In this document: in pieces, positions 41,435 to 56,192 of the stretch
How positions within the stretch are numbered: position 1 is the stretch's first letter
Layout: every line of letters starts with the position of its first letter
Notes under the pieces: generated by a model
The model's database searches: none
What the model was told of the DNA's origin: nothing
What the model saw: the letters and a program-made list of their open reading frames with translations, nothing else
Position numbers and translations under genes: made by a program
Source: Octopus vulgaris
Taxonomy: Eukaryota
Direction: 5' to 3'
Assembly (NCBI GenBank): GCA_951406725.2
Contig: OX597826.1
Coordinates: forward strand, 68,076,001 to 68,140,000
DNA length: 64,000 nt

Positions 41435-42377
41435 GGTCTGTTTATTTTGTATTTACATATTTACAAGGTTTTCTTATTGACACTGAAAGTACGGCATTAT
41501 GAGAACAAATAGTGAATGTTTCTTGTAAAGTCTAACGCAAGAAACCTGCAGACTCTGAAAATGCAAAAGAATAGATCACGTGGACTGTTTCCTGCCGATC
41601 TACTTTTCAAAATGGGGTACATAACTGAGATAACGAAATTGCACTATACGTATGGCTTCAGGATTTATTTCTTAGTATTCTTGTAGAATGAAGATGCTAG
41701 TTTCTAATATGGAATCAAAAGTACCATAGCTGGAATTCTGATAACAATGGTAACAGCTACATAATGAATTTTAGCAAAAACCATTTGTATTCTTACAGTT
41801 TTGCAGTTCCCTATCCGTCAAGTTTGAGTTAACTTGTCACTTTCGTTGCTTGATAATACTAATTTCCTGCTAAACTTAATAAGATTGTGGCTTAAACATT
41901 GACGAGGATAACCAAATGCATATGCTAGAAATCGGAATTTATCAGGGCAGGGGAGCTTATTCAAAACCCTGTTCATAGATATTCACATTCTCTTTGATTT
42001 TCGAAGACATGTTCTTATGTACAGTGTAGACAATCTTCATGAGTAAAGACGCCTTTCATTTCTGTCCCAAATAACTAAATCGTGTGTCTTATTTATGAAC
42101 TTGTTAAGCATTTTAATGGGATTGTTCCCTCAATAATCTTCTATATGTATGTTATGTACGTACGCATGTATGTATTTTTTCCAAAAAATTTCATCAAAGT
42201 AAATTTCATGGCAGCATATTCGAAAACCTTTAAGGCGAACATTATAAACAATTTATTAACAAGGGCAAAAGAAAAAATATTTCTATCCCAATATGATGAG
42301 AATAGACTTTAAATCGTCAATCACCACATTATAATATACATTCACTATGAATAGACGTCGTGTTGAAATAGAGGAAG

Positions 42378-42481
42378 GCAAGCTAACAGAATTTTTTTAT
42401 TATTTTTAATTATTTTTAACGAATTTTTTATAACGAATTTTCTTTATAAAACGAATATTTAAAAAAATTCTGTTAGCTTGC
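42378..42481. repeat. Short foldback/MITE-like element with about 20-bp inverted ends
   Basis: GCAAGCTAACAGAATTTTTTT pairs with AAAAAAATTCTGTTAGCTTGC. The interior holds AACGAATTTT repeats. Confidence 0.7.
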
Positions 42482-42597
42482 AACGTGTATTCATGATGAA
42501 TGTATATTTTAATGTGGTGATTGAGGATTTAGTCTATTCCCAGCATATTGGTATAGAAATCTCTTCTTCTTTTGCCCTTGTTTATAAATTGTATATA

Positions 42598-42707
<110 letters not shown>

Positions 42708-42747
42708 TGTGTGTGTGTGAAAATAAATATCAGGATATGAAGATGTG

Positions 42748-42835
42748 ATGCGGTACGACCGTTTCAAGCGGCTCCATTTAATTCAATAATGCAATCATTT
42801 CATCAATTTAAATGCAGGGCTATCATCAGCTGCAC
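42748..42835 (-). ncRNA. Type I hammerhead motif with long stem II and intact core
   Basis: The minus strand reads GTGCAG-CTGATGA-T-AGC…CATTTAAATT…AATTAAATG…GCT-T-GAAAC-GGTC-GTA-CCGCAT. Confidence 0.7.
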
Positions 42836-43106
42836 AAATAAATAGAACTTTAATCAGTCGGACACATCAATATAATTTTGCTCAAATACTTTAACAGAGC
42901 AAGAAGATGGAAGAAATCCATATTGTCGCTATTGTTGCTAAGAATATACTACATTTCCAAGAAGCATACTGGGTTCATAGCTTGTAAAAGATTTGGGTTC
43001 ATTTCTAATTTATTTGTCTTTTTATCAAATACTAAATCTAAGATTAGAGGACTGTGTCTGTTTGGAATGAAGGCCAAGAGTGAGTTGACAGCTTATGGCT
43101 GGGTAT

Positions 43107-43317
43107 ACTCTTTTACTTGTTTCAGTCATTTGATTATGGCCATGCTGGAGCACCGTCTTTAGTCGAGCAAATCAACCCCAGGACTTATTCCTTGTAAGCC
43201 TAGTACATATTCTATCTTTCTCCTTTGCCGAACTGCTGAATTACATGGATGTAAACACACCAGCATCTGTTGTCAAGCGATGTTCGGGGGACAAACACAG
43301 ACACAGACACAGACACA

Positions 43318-43391
<74 letters not shown>

Positions 43392-43538
43392 TACATACAT
43401 ATATATATATATATAGGAGCAAAACGCCCACCGTCCAAGGGACGGTGCTGAATCGTATCTGCTCGAGATTTGCTCGACTAAAGGTGGTGCTCCAGCATGG
43501 CCACAGTCAAATGACGGAAACAAGTGAAAGAGTAAAAG
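43107..43538. mobile_element. SINE family C 3' half (minus) plus an inverted 3' fragment (plus)
   Basis: 43107-43400 matches 2836-3050. 43462-43538 is a plus-strand tail, GCTCGACTAAAGG.GGTGCTCCAGCATGGCC…GAGTAAAAG. Confidence 0.75.
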
Positions 43539-44792
43539 ATTATATATTTATATAGATAGATAGATAGTTAGATGTGTATATGCTTGAGTGGGTGCCCACG
43601 TGTGTATATCAGTTTGTGAGACTGCGTGTGTGCCTGTATGTGTCTCACTGTGTGTGTGTGTGTGTATGTGTGTGTGTGTGTGTCTGTGTGTGTTTGTATG
43701 TCTGTGTGTCTGTGTTTTTAGCATTTAATATATTTTAGAAACTACGATATAGATTATAGTTAGACGGAAACCAGTTTTGTTCGAAAGATTAAAAATACCA
43801 TAAAATAACCATTGATTTTTCTTTCTTTGATACGAAAGAATATATCTGTATCTCTTTCTCAGCTTTTGTTGTTTTTTCAATCCTACTCTTTGTTGATGTT
43901 ACTCCGCCATTTTCCTTGTTGAAGTGTTGCCCTTATTACTCTCTATGCATACGTTTTCTTTGATGCTAATCACATCGTTGTTATTTCGAACTGTTCAATA
44001 ATATCTATGATTCAAAGACTTCTAGCCAATGCGTCTTATCTTTTTGTACATCTAATAGTACACTTTTCTCATTATGCTGAAATTTCAAAAAAAAAAATAT
44101 ATACAGGGTTTAAATTTTGATCGCCATCGTCGCGGCATTTTCTTAGCAATTCGATTGACCGCGGAAATGTAATCTTCTTAGTTCGGTTTGATGATCAAGC
44201 TGCTAGCTGTTGTTTTTGTTGTTGTTGCTGTTGTTATTGCAGCATTTGTTGTATCGACGTTGTTGTTGTTGTTCTTGAGAAATGTCCACGCTTTCTTCCT
44301 TTCATTTCCAGTTTCGATGACGTTTCCGGCAATCTGTCTTTCGATAATTCGTGGGGAGTATGATTGAGTTTAATAAAACTCGGCCATCACAACCACATCG
44401 TCAGCTTTCCCGATTTATGTTCAAACGTACATACATCCACGGTCATATGTCGGTATGTATGCGTATGTGTATGGTTGTGTTGTGCGAGTTGTGTGTGTGT
44501 GTGTGAGTGTCTGCGTGTATGTATGGGTGGACGTAAGTATACATATATTTATGTATAAGTGTATGCATGTGTGTGTATGTGTGTGTGTATATATATTTAA
44601 ATATGTATATAAATTATATATAAATATATACCTGTACATCTATATGTATATCCATAAACATATGTACTTGTACGTCTGTTTTTGTGTGTGAATATATGTC
44701 TGCGTGTGAGCGTGTGTATGAGTGTATGTTTGTCTATAATGCTATAATGTATATATATATATATGTGTGTGTTTGTGTGTATATGTATATAC

Positions 44793-44852
<60 letters not shown>

Positions 44853-45549
44853 GTATGTATGTATGTATGTATATATGTATATATGTGCATCCAAACACAT
44901 AGATATACAAAGTGAGAGGGAAAGAGAGCGAGAAAGAGAGAGACAAAGAGAGACAAAGAGAAATCTTGATAACCGTTCGTTCTCAATTCTCATATCCGTT
45001 TGTTAGCGGTGATTTTATTAGAGTCGGCCGCGAGAAAGGGAGATAATTGTGCATTAGAAACGACGTAAATATATACTAACACAAACACATTTGTGCATAC
45101 CAACATGATACGCTCTCACACATACATGTAAATGTATTAATGACTACATATATATATACAAAGCTGCGTACTACGCACTCAGGCACACTTAAACAAACAC
45201 ACGCAGACACACGCATAGACACAGAGACACATAGAGCGAAGAAAAAATTGTTGAGAGATCAAATTAAAATTGACAGCTGACCAAGAAAATAAATAGTGAA
45301 TTAACGTTAGAGAGTTTAGCGGTGAGGTATATAGACAAATATAACTCACAAGCTTATATACATATCCAATCACGAAAGCTCTGTGTGTGTGTGTGTGTGC
45401 GTGTGTGTGTGTGTGTGGGGGTGATATAATATATGTGATTAATTATCTATAAACATATACGCGTGTGTATATCTTGTGATTCTTTATAGATAAATCAGTG
45501 ACACAGAAATAATAATAAAACAATATAATAATATATATGTTAATATTGG

Positions 45550-45608
<59 letters not shown>

Positions 45609-45998
45609 ATATATACATATGTGTGTGTGCGTGTGTAAATATATATCTATATATATATATATATGCATGTATGTATGTATGTGTCCATGCACATATGTAT
45701 GCATATATGTATATGAATAAAGAAACATAATTCGTTGCTATTATGCAAAAGTGTCGTAAGTTTTAAGCGCTGCTTTTTTTCTTTTTTTTTGTCAGAAAAA
45801 AGATAAAACAGTTTCAGTATTTCATGGCAAAATCGTTGAAGTGACCTTGAGACAATTTTTGATATATTGGCATCTGAAGCAGATGCAGATACGATAATCT
45901 GACAAAAGGTACCGGCTCTTGCAAGCAAAATTAAATATTGAAAAACTTAAAACGCATTTGGCCAAATTTGGATATACGACAGTTTCACATAATAGCAA

Positions 45999-46044
<46 letters not shown>

Positions 46045-46047
46045 AAT

Positions 46048-46087
46048 TGAGATAGGGGTTGTAAATGCATTTACAACCCCTATCTCA
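46048..46087. repeat. Perfect 40-bp palindrome next to (TA)n
   Basis: TGAGATAGGGGTTGTAAATG|CATTTACAACCCCTATCTCA. Confidence 0.95.
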
Positions 46088-46143
46088 TTAAAGAAGTTAA
46101 TGCATAAATGTTAAGGATTGCGATGCAATCAATTCATTTACTC

Positions 46144-46231
<88 letters not shown>

Positions 46232-46504
46232 CATACACACATACATACATACATACATACATACATACATACATACATACATACAAATATATATATACAG
46301 ATCTATCTATCTATCTATCTATCTATCTATTTATCCACCTAGATTTTTGTCATATAAATGTATATATTCAATTGTAACTGAAGCTTGGAGTTTGTCCGGA
46401 GATTCCACTCCCACGCTGCTTCGATCCTCAGATCAATTCTCAGCTTCAGTTTCAGTAGAATAAACCCATATCCTCTTACACAATTACTTCTGTCTCAATC
46501 ACTC

Positions 46505-46540
<36 letters not shown>

Positions 46541-46546
46541 TACACA

Positions 46547-46587
<41 letters not shown>

Positions 46588-47339
46588 ACACACACACACA
46601 CAGAAACGCACATGCACTGTATACATACGGAATCTTGTCACGGAATTGCTACCGTGAATAACTAGGATATACATACACGAACAAAGTTACTTTTTACTCC
46701 TTACTCGCTGGAAAATCTAATGCTAATTAGCTAAATTTGTGCTCTTAATATCTCCATTTCCCTCAATATATAAGTACAGTACCTTCGTAAAACCTACAAT
46801 GATTATCCAATTGTGTATAATATGAAATCCCAAAAGAACATAACGCCTATTATAATTTCCTCATTCGTGTTCAAACATTATTACGGGCTTAATTGATAAT
46901 AATGTTACAATGTTTTCCCACATAATGATGCTTTTGTACGTTTCCCAAGAATATTAATATACAATAATTCAATCAGTCGTAATATCGCTACCTTTTTGCA
47001 AAGTTTGGTTTACAAAAATCACATTAAAGCTCCCTAATACCCCAAACCCACGAAATGGATGTTTTCGTTCGTTTATTTAATAACGTCTCATAGATACCCA
47101 CAATGATAAACCCACGTTCAGTTATGTGCACCAACAAGCACGCGATGACTCGTTAACTTGTCTATGTAGGCACAAGAGCGCAGTTTGGAAAGTTTAAACA
47201 AGGAGACGTAGACACGGAAACATCACCGACGTAGAACACAGATAAGGAGAACAAATCCATCACGAATCAAAATATAAATAAATACCGATACAAGAAAGGA
47301 AAAACCCAACAATATGGTGCTGTTTGCTTTAAGAAGCAA

Positions 47340-47866
47340 TATATGAACGTATGATAAGGAATATTAAGCCGAAGGACCATCATAAGATGAAATTAATAGT
47401 TACAATGCAAGGATGGAAAATACAGAATTGCATACATAAGGTAAAGATGTCCTTCCGTCATGAATGACCATGGGAATGCATCTAGAAAGTTCCTCTCTGA
47501 GGCACAAGTCCGGGAAATATATGAAAGTATAATAAGGAATATTAAGCTGAAGAACCATCATAAGATGAAATTAATACTTACATTGCAAGGATGGAAAATA
47601 CACAAATACATATATAAGGTAAAGCCGACCTTCCGTCATGAATGACCATGGGATTGCACATAGAAAGTTCCCCTCTGAGGCACAAGTCTGGGCAATATAT
47701 GAAAGTATAATAAGACGAAGAACCATCATAAGGTGAAATTAATAGTTACAATGCAAGGATGGGAAATATACAGATACTTAAGGTAAAGTGTAAAGACTCC
47801 CTTCCGTCATGAATGAGCATTGGATTCCATCTAGAAAGTTCCCTTCCGAGGCACAAGTCTAGGCAA
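47340..47866. repeat. Three diverged tandem units of about 178 bp (SINE family D tail plus flank)
   Basis: ACCATCATAAG.TGAAATTAATA…CTTCCGTCATGAATGA.CAT.GGA…GAGGCACAAGTC occurs three times. The SINE body continues to about 48132 on the minus strand. Confidence 0.88.
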
Positions 47867-48639
47867 GATTGTGTGTGTGTGTGTGTGTCTGTCGAGCGAA
47901 TGAGACAGAGGTAATGTTGTATATATGCAGTCGCCGATGCATACCAGCCTTCCGTCTTAACGCAAACCGATTTAATCCAAGGGGACGTTGCAAATAATTT
48001 TTACAACTGTTTGAACTGGAGAAACATTAAATAAAGTGCCTTGCTCAAGAACGCAACACACCGCCCGGCCTGGGAATTGAACTTACTATCAAGTAATTGT
48101 GAGCCCAACGCTTTAAACTCTATGCCATGCGCCATACATACATACATACATACATGCATACACACGTACATACAAACATACCTACATACATACATATATA
48201 CGTACGGGGTGTATGTGCATGTGTGCGTGTGTATTTGTGCGTGCATGTGTGTGGATGCATACGTGTGTGTAGCTGTGTGTATCTGTCAGTGCCTGTGTTT
48301 GTGTCCGTGTGTCTTTGTCTGTGTATCCGTGTGTAAGTGTATTTAAAAAAGATTTTAAAAAGAATTCTTGACATCGATACAATATTTGAAGAAATATTTT
48401 CTTAAACTGAAATTTATTATATTCAATAAAAAAATAAAACAAAAAAAGAATACAGAAGTTTTAATGAAATTATTAGAAGGAACCTGAGTAAGGAATATTT
48501 CCTATTGAGCAAGTGCTTTCGGTATTTTCAATATCTTTGAAGAGATAAAACCAGCGAAAGTGCTGACACATTACGATAATTTACTTCAATAGGCTGGCGT
48601 CATGTTTTTCTTTTTTCGTAGAGATTTGAATATTAATAT

Positions 48640-49780
48640 TGGGCAGCTGGCCCAATCGCTAGCACGCCGAAAAAAATGATAGAGACATTTCTTCTGTCTT
48701 TACATTCTGAGTTAAAAATTCCGCCGAAGTTGACTTTGCTTTTTCAACCTTTGAGGGTCGCTCTAATGAGGACCAGTTGAGCACTGCGCTCGTTGAAATC
48801 GAATAACCCACTCCCAAAGAATACTCTTCATTTCTCTAGGCAGAAGGTCCGAAATTTTTAGGGAGGGGGAAGTCGATTAGATTGACCCCGATACGCAACT
48901 CGTACTTACTTTATCGAGCCGAAAGAATGAAAAGCAAAGTCGACCTCGGCGGAGTTTCGAACTCAGAATGTCATGATAGACGAAATTCCGCTAAGCATTT
49001 TGCCCGGCGTGCTAACGTTTCTGCAGACTCACCGCCTTACTCTCAGTGAATACTCTTTTCTAATCGAGGCACAAGGCCCGAAATTTTGGGGCAGAGGGCT
49101 AGTCGATGAGATCGACTCCACTACGCAACAAGTACTTAATTTATCGACCCCGACAGGATGAAATGCAAGGTTGACCGCGGCGGAATTTGAACTCAGAACG
49201 TAAAGACAGCCTGATGAAGGCTGGAGGGTATATCAAACGAAACGTTGTGTTAACAACAAAGAAGAAGACAAATATACGTCAAATGTAAATAATGTAAATA
49301 ATGTACATAATTCCGCATCTCTTAAATATAGAACCAGACGTAATACCCAGAGAGCACAAAGAGGAACAGACACACAGATTAAGTCGATTACATCGACCTT
49401 AGTGCATAACTGGTACTTATTGAATCAACCCCGAAAGGATAAAAGGCAAAGTCGACCTCGGCGGAATTTAAACTCAGAACGTAGCGGCAGACGAAATACT
49501 GCTAAGCATTTCGCCCGGCGTGCTAACGTGTATGCCATCTGGTTTATGCCTTACTCCCAATGAATATTGTAACACTTTGGGCAGTGAACTGGCAGATCGG
49601 AAGCATGCCGGTCAAAATGCAGAGTAACACTTCGTCCGTCTTTAAGTACTGAGTTCAAAATCCGCCCAAGGTTATTTCCGGGTCGTTAGAATAAGTACAA
49701 GCCGAGCACTGCTGTCGATGTAATCGACTTTCTCCCTACCCCGGAGCTGCTCGCTTTTGCCAAAATTCAGAACCAATATT
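48640..49780. mobile_element. Cluster of about five SINE family B copies in both orientations
   Basis: Repeated GTCGACCTCGGCGGA.TTT..ACTCAGAA (minus) and plus-strand head/core motifs. Confidence 0.8.
49210..49334 (+). mobile_element. 5'-truncated copy of the hammerhead-bearing element (same family as 63337-63803), inserted in a SINE
   Basis: It reads C-CTGATGA-AGGCTGGAGGGTATATCAAAC-GAAAC-GTT-GTGTTAAC…CTCTTAAATATAGAAC and is flanked by CAG on both sides. Confidence 0.8.
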
Positions 49781-50479
49781 GTAAAATAAATGTTGATAGA
49801 AATTAAAAGCACATTTCTGTGACAGAAACAATGACAGGTTCATCGAGGGTTCGAAAAGAGACATTTAAACACTATTGCTATATCTCAACTATATAATCGG
49901 TTGGTCATTTATTACTAGCAGAATCGTCTATACTATTAATGCCAATATAGCTTTCTTTCCGATGGGAAATGACCAGATAAATCAAATTTGATTGAATTAA
50001 CTATCAAGCAGAATAAGTAATATATTAAAATCGACACAAGCCTCTTTGGAGTCTGTTCCTAAGTAATATGTTATATGTAATATATTATCTGTGAAGTTGT
50101 GATAGAAAATAAAAGAGTTACAGATCCATTAAAGGGGCGCAATCCGAGTACATAAATAGCTTGTCGGAATATATTACAGAGTTGTTAACATTATTCGTCG
50201 TCTGCCTTGTTAATGTCAATTGTTTTCACTATTTTTACTGAATTATTTTATATTCATAATCAGTGTCTCTCTCTCTTTTCGTTAGTATTTAAATACAGAG
50301 TTTCGTAGTGGACGCAGGCATGACTCAGTAGTCAAGGAGTCCGGACAGAATTTCGAGGTATCGAGTTCGATTTCCCTCCCTGATATTTTTGACAAATTTC
50401 ATTTATTACATTATCAGCTCGGCTCCGCATCTTCATCGTCCAACGCCTTATCACAACGAGAAAGAACTACATATTCAAT

Positions 50480-50960
50480 TTTACATTTGGTTTCACATGA
50501 AACTTAACTGCATACGCCATACTTCCATATTTGCACGCTAGTGCTGTCCAGTGGTATATTAAAATCTCATTCTAAAACAATGGTAATGTTTGTATCCCGC
50601 TCAATGAGGCTGTCATGCATGAACGCTGTGTACTGCGGTAAGCGCCCTCATATAACGTTAGCGTATTTCTACTAAAGATATGAATATGTTCATAGCACCC
50701 TGCGTCGTTACTTGAGGTTCTCTCAAGGCGAAAACCGCAGTATTCAGGGGTTCTGGCAATACATCCGCATTGAGCTTGAAATGATGGTTAACATTCAGCG
50801 TTATTACTGCTTCCGTCATCGAGAATTTTATGTTTTCTGACATACACTAAGCGTTGACGCAGACCAAACACAGGCTTTTAAGAAATCCTGCTTGGCAATG
50901 TTGCTGGGAGGCATGGCCGTTTTCTCTACAGGTACAACAGCGTCGTCAACCTATGTGAAG
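50480..50960 (-). pseudogene. Decayed L1/Tx1-like ORF1 zinc knuckle and ORF2 APE endonuclease start
   Basis: The minus strand gives RRCCTCRENGHASQQHC, then VITLNVN…AVFALREP and TIVLE*DFNIPLDS (GDFN motif), in the expected order. Confidence 0.5.
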
Positions 50961-51676
50961 GAAAGAAAACTAGTCCTGTAAGCAAACTTTTAATTCCGTG
51001 AATTATGGAATTTTGTCAAACAGCTGCCTCTACGGAATTTTGTCAAACAGCTGCCTCTACATGTCCGGTTGCTAATTGAGCCCATCGTGAGGATCACAGT
51101 GCATCTGTCCTTAACTTCGAGTCACACATGAAAATAAAGGTGAAGGTGGAGAGGAAGGAAGAGCAGAGGAGGGAGACTTACAAAGAGATAGGTGGAGAGA
51201 GAGGGAGAATAATAGAGAGAGAGCGAGGAGAGTAGGAGAGGGTTGGAGAGTACGAAGGAGAGGGAGAGTAGCAAAGAGAATAAAAGAGAGACAGATGCAG
51301 CGTTGAAGGATAATTTACAGAAACGGGAATCAGAAAGCCAACGTGTGTCTATCCCATAATGCAACTGTAGTCAATTGAATATGGCTAATGAAGAAGAAGC
51401 TCTCTCGATAGAAAGAATAAACCAGGGCTTGTGCAGTGTCAGTGATTAGCCCCACGTAACGACCCCCTATTAAAATGTACCGCTTTCTTTTCACTTTTTT
51501 TCTTTCTGCCTAAATTCTTATACACAATTCTATATAAACCCTCAGAAATATTTCTCAATTTTCCCTATAATATTCCTGCATCCGTCGCCCTTGTGGCAGT
51601 ACTAAAAAAAGATTATTATTATTATTAATTATTATTATTATTATTATTGTTATTATTATTATTTTTATCATTATTA

Positions 51677-51719
<43 letters not shown>

Positions 51720-51780
51720 TATCATCATCATCATGATTATTATTATTATTATAATTTCTATTGTGGTGGTTTTTGTTTTT

Positions 51781-51816
<36 letters not shown>

Positions 51817-52586
51817 GGTTTTTTTGTTATTGTTGTCATTCTTATTTCACATATATAATTTTTTTTTCGCTCCCAATGTATTTTTTTAAAGTTTAATTTT
51901 ATCGTTTGTGTATTGTAGATAATTGAAAGCGATGCTAAGTTCAAACAGTCGGCACACATCAAAGGAAACTTGCTGAGGCATACAAAGGAGGGAGATTTTT
52001 CATATCTGACTAAAAATGGAAAGGATGCTGGGAGGGGGGAGGAAGGGGGTTGAGTAAGTGCTTGGTGCTTCATGTAAGTATGTTTATATGCATTGAGGTA
52101 TATATAAATATGTGTACACACAGACAAACTCACACGCACATAAACATACCCCTACAATGACGAAGTGCACATATATATAGACGTATGTGATTAAACACAC
52201 ACATATGTATGTATATACAATACATGTAAGTGTGAGTGTGTGTGTGTCTTTATGTAAGTATATATATATATATATATATATATAAATATATAACAACACA
52301 CGAGGTGTATGTATGTAAACATATGCTTAGATGTGTATGCTTTTTTTCTGGTATATATTTTGTGTGTGTGTGTGTGTGTGAATGTATGAGCAAAGATATG
52401 TGGGCGTGTATATAGGAATATATACTTACATACTTTCCTACTTGCAATTAAACATACGTACACTCACATACAATTTCTATATGTATTTACGAACACACAC
52501 ATAGATACATACATACAAACATACATACATGCATGCATACATGCATATATGTATATATATATACACACATATGCTCATTTATATGT

Positions 52587-52774
<188 letters not shown>

Positions 52775-53354
52775 GAGCATACATGTTCCTGATTGCGTTT
52801 GTGGTGGTGGTGTTTTCTTTTATTTATGTATTTGTGTAAAACTGTTAATTCCGATCAATATTTCTTTCTACATTTTGGTAGGTCGATGCCTGAGCGAGAA
52901 CAGAGATGGTTTGGTCGGTTGTGTTATGGTAAATGAAAAATTAAAAAAATAAAAATAAAATAGTACAACAAGTAATAAAAAAAAAAAAAATAATACTTAA
53001 TGACGAAAACATCAGCATCAATAACTTCATCAGCAGTGAGGAGCAGCAACAATAACAAAACGAATCTGTGAAATGAATGTCAGAGACCACAAAATATATC
53101 AGAAACACAAAAAATAAAAGAAAAAAAAAACAAACAAAAAGGACTGAAAAGAAAAGAATAACAAAAATAGCAACGAAAAAAAAGAAGCAAGAAATACTAT
53201 AAGTGTATAAAAGAAACTAAAATAAGACGAAAAATTAAAAATAATTATAAAGAATAAACAAACGAAGAAAAAAACAAAAAGGAAAACAATGTAAAACATG
53301 AAAGTGAAATGTATAAATACTTGGAAAAGAAGATATATTAGTGAACATTTAGGC

Positions 53355-53377
53355 GGTGATGATGATGGCAATGACGC

Positions 53378-53413
<36 letters not shown>

Positions 53414-53579
53414 GCGCGATAATGATGCTGATGATGACAATGACAGTGATAATGACGATGATGGTGATGGTGATGATGAGCAGGATGAAGATGCTAATGA
53501 TGATGATGATGAAGATGGTGATGATGATGATGATGAGCAGGATGATGATGATGATGATGATGATGATGTAGATGACGAA

Positions 53580-53636
<57 letters not shown>

Positions 53637-53654
53637 GATGATGTAGATGACGAA

Positions 53655-53689
<35 letters not shown>

Positions 53690-54034
53690 CGATGATGATT
53701 ATGACGGTGATGGTGATGATGAGCAGGATGAAGATGCTAATGATGATGATGATGAAGATGGTGATGATGAATATAATGATGATGCCAATGATGATGCTGA
53801 TGCAGCTGCTGCTGCTGATGATGGTAATGATCACTGTAATGATAATGCTAATGTTGATCATTATGATGATGATGATGATGAGGATGACGGTGACCATGAC
53901 GATGATGCTAATGATAATAAGCATAATGATGGTGATGATGATAATGATGACGATGAGGGTGATAACGATGATGGTGATGATGATGATGATAGTATGATGG
54001 TGATGATGATAATGATGACGATGAGGGTGATAAC

Positions 54035-54087
<53 letters not shown>

Positions 54088-54438
54088 CGAAAATGATAAT
54101 GACGATGATCACGATAGTAAAGCTGAAGGGGATGCTGCTGCCACTGCTGCTGGTGATGATGACGATGAGGATGATGGTGATGATGGTGATGATGAGGACG
54201 ATGATAGGGTAGTATGAAGAGGAAGGTGAAGGGAAATGATGAATAAAATAGGGACGATGGTGATGGAGGAAGAGGTTGATAAGAAAGTGCATGAGGACGA
54301 GGGGAATTTGAAGCGAAGGAGGCAGGACGATGAAGAGAGAAGGGGAGAAGAGTTGGGGGCGTTGGGGTGATGGTTTGTATGGTGGCGACGATGATGGCAG
54401 TAGTAGTGTTCGTGACTGTAGATGTTGTCATGGTGTTA

Positions 54439-54489
<51 letters not shown>

Positions 54490-54634
54490 GTGGTGGTGCT
54501 ACAGGTGATGGTGGTGGCGATGGTGGAGGTTGGGATGATCATGAGAATGGCGATGATGACGATGATAAGGATCATGGGGATGAAGATGATGATGATGATG
54601 ATGATGATGATGAGATGATGATGATGATGACAAA

Positions 54635-54679
<45 letters not shown>

Positions 54680-54784
54680 GGTGATGGCGGTGATGTTGGT
54701 GGAGGTTGATTTGATCCTGAGAATGGCGATGATGACGATGACAAGGATGATGAGGGTGAAGAGGACAATGATGATGATGATGAG

Positions 54785-54834
<50 letters not shown>

Positions 54835-55261
54835 GGATGATGAGGATGATAATGAGGATGAAGATGAGGATGAAGATGATGTTGATTATAGTGACGATGA
54901 CGCTGTTCGTCGCGATGGTGACAAGGTAATAGGGTTGATGGTGATGGTGATTACGTTCATGGAGGTGATGTTAATGGCTATGTTCATTGTGGTTACGTTG
55001 AAGAAGGTTCAGGCGATCAGAGTGAGAGAGATGTTGCTGCTGGTTGTGATCATAAATATGGCAGACTAAGGTGCCATCCCTCGTCGCGGGCGCCGTCGCC
55101 GTCGTTGTCGTCGTTCCCGGCGCCCACCTCTTCCTGTTCATGTCCATGGCGATCGTCATGGTGATAATGTGTAAGATGACGAAGGCGATAGTGAAAATGA
55201 TGATGCACGAGATGATGACGACGACGACGACGACGATGATGATGATGATGATGATGATGAA

Positions 55262-55310
<49 letters not shown>

Positions 55311-55483
55311 GTGGTGGTGACGATGACGATGATGATGATTATGATGATGATGATGGTGATGATGATGGTGATGATGATGATGTTGATGATGATGATGATG
55401 ATGATGATGATCGTGACGATGACGATGATGATGATGATAATGATGATGATGATGATGTTGATGATGATGATGATGATGATGAA

Positions 55484-55553
<70 letters not shown>

Positions 55554-55635
55554 TTGATGATGATGATGATGTTGACGATGATGTTGATGATGGTAGTGGT
55601 GGTGGTGGTGGTGTGGTGGTGGTGGAGGTGGTGGT
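53355..55635. repeat. About 2.3-kb compound (GAT)n/(GGT)n low-complexity tract with internal block duplications
   Basis: Direct reading. For example, GATGAGCAGGATGAAGATGCTAATGATGAT occurs at about 53475 and 53718. Confidence 0.95.
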
Positions 55636-55782
55636 AAGGGGGATTACAGACATAATGAATATACATTGATTGATTTGCTTGTCCGTTGAACCTCACATTA
55701 AACTAAGACGATATTTCTGTATACATACACATACATACGCAGACATATGTATAAACGCACATCCACACAAACACATAGACAC

Positions 55783-55847
<65 letters not shown>

Positions 55848-56075
55848 CATACATACATAATATATATATATACATAATATATATATACATATATATATAT
55901 ATAAATATATAAAATCTCTATATACGTGAGTGTGTGTATGTGTGTATGTATCTATGTATATCTTAAGATATACATCTAAAAATATATATGCTTACGCTTA
56001 TATTTGTATATATGTTTATGCATATATATTTATAAATATTTAATATATATATGCATAGGTATATGTATATACACA

Positions 56076-56114
<39 letters not shown>

Positions 56115-56161
56115 GTACATATACGTATAGGTATATATATATATATGTATATGTATGTATG

Positions 56162-56192
<31 letters not shown>

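Noticed and set aside
45790-45940. KQFQYFMAKSLK…ASEADADTII peptide reminiscent of a transposon-associated nuclease-like family
   Set aside because: It is too short and disrupted to assign without a search.
51007-51060. 27-bp perfect tandem duplication
   Set aside because: It is an ordinary slippage duplication with no further structure.
53298-54212. 304-aa Asp-rich ORF resembling acidic biomineralisation proteins (plus overlapping poly-M/I/H ORFs to 55696)
   Set aside because: It is a read-through of a (GAT)n microsatellite, drifts into the poly-Met frame, and shows no signal peptide or clear splice structure. Expression data would be needed to revive it.
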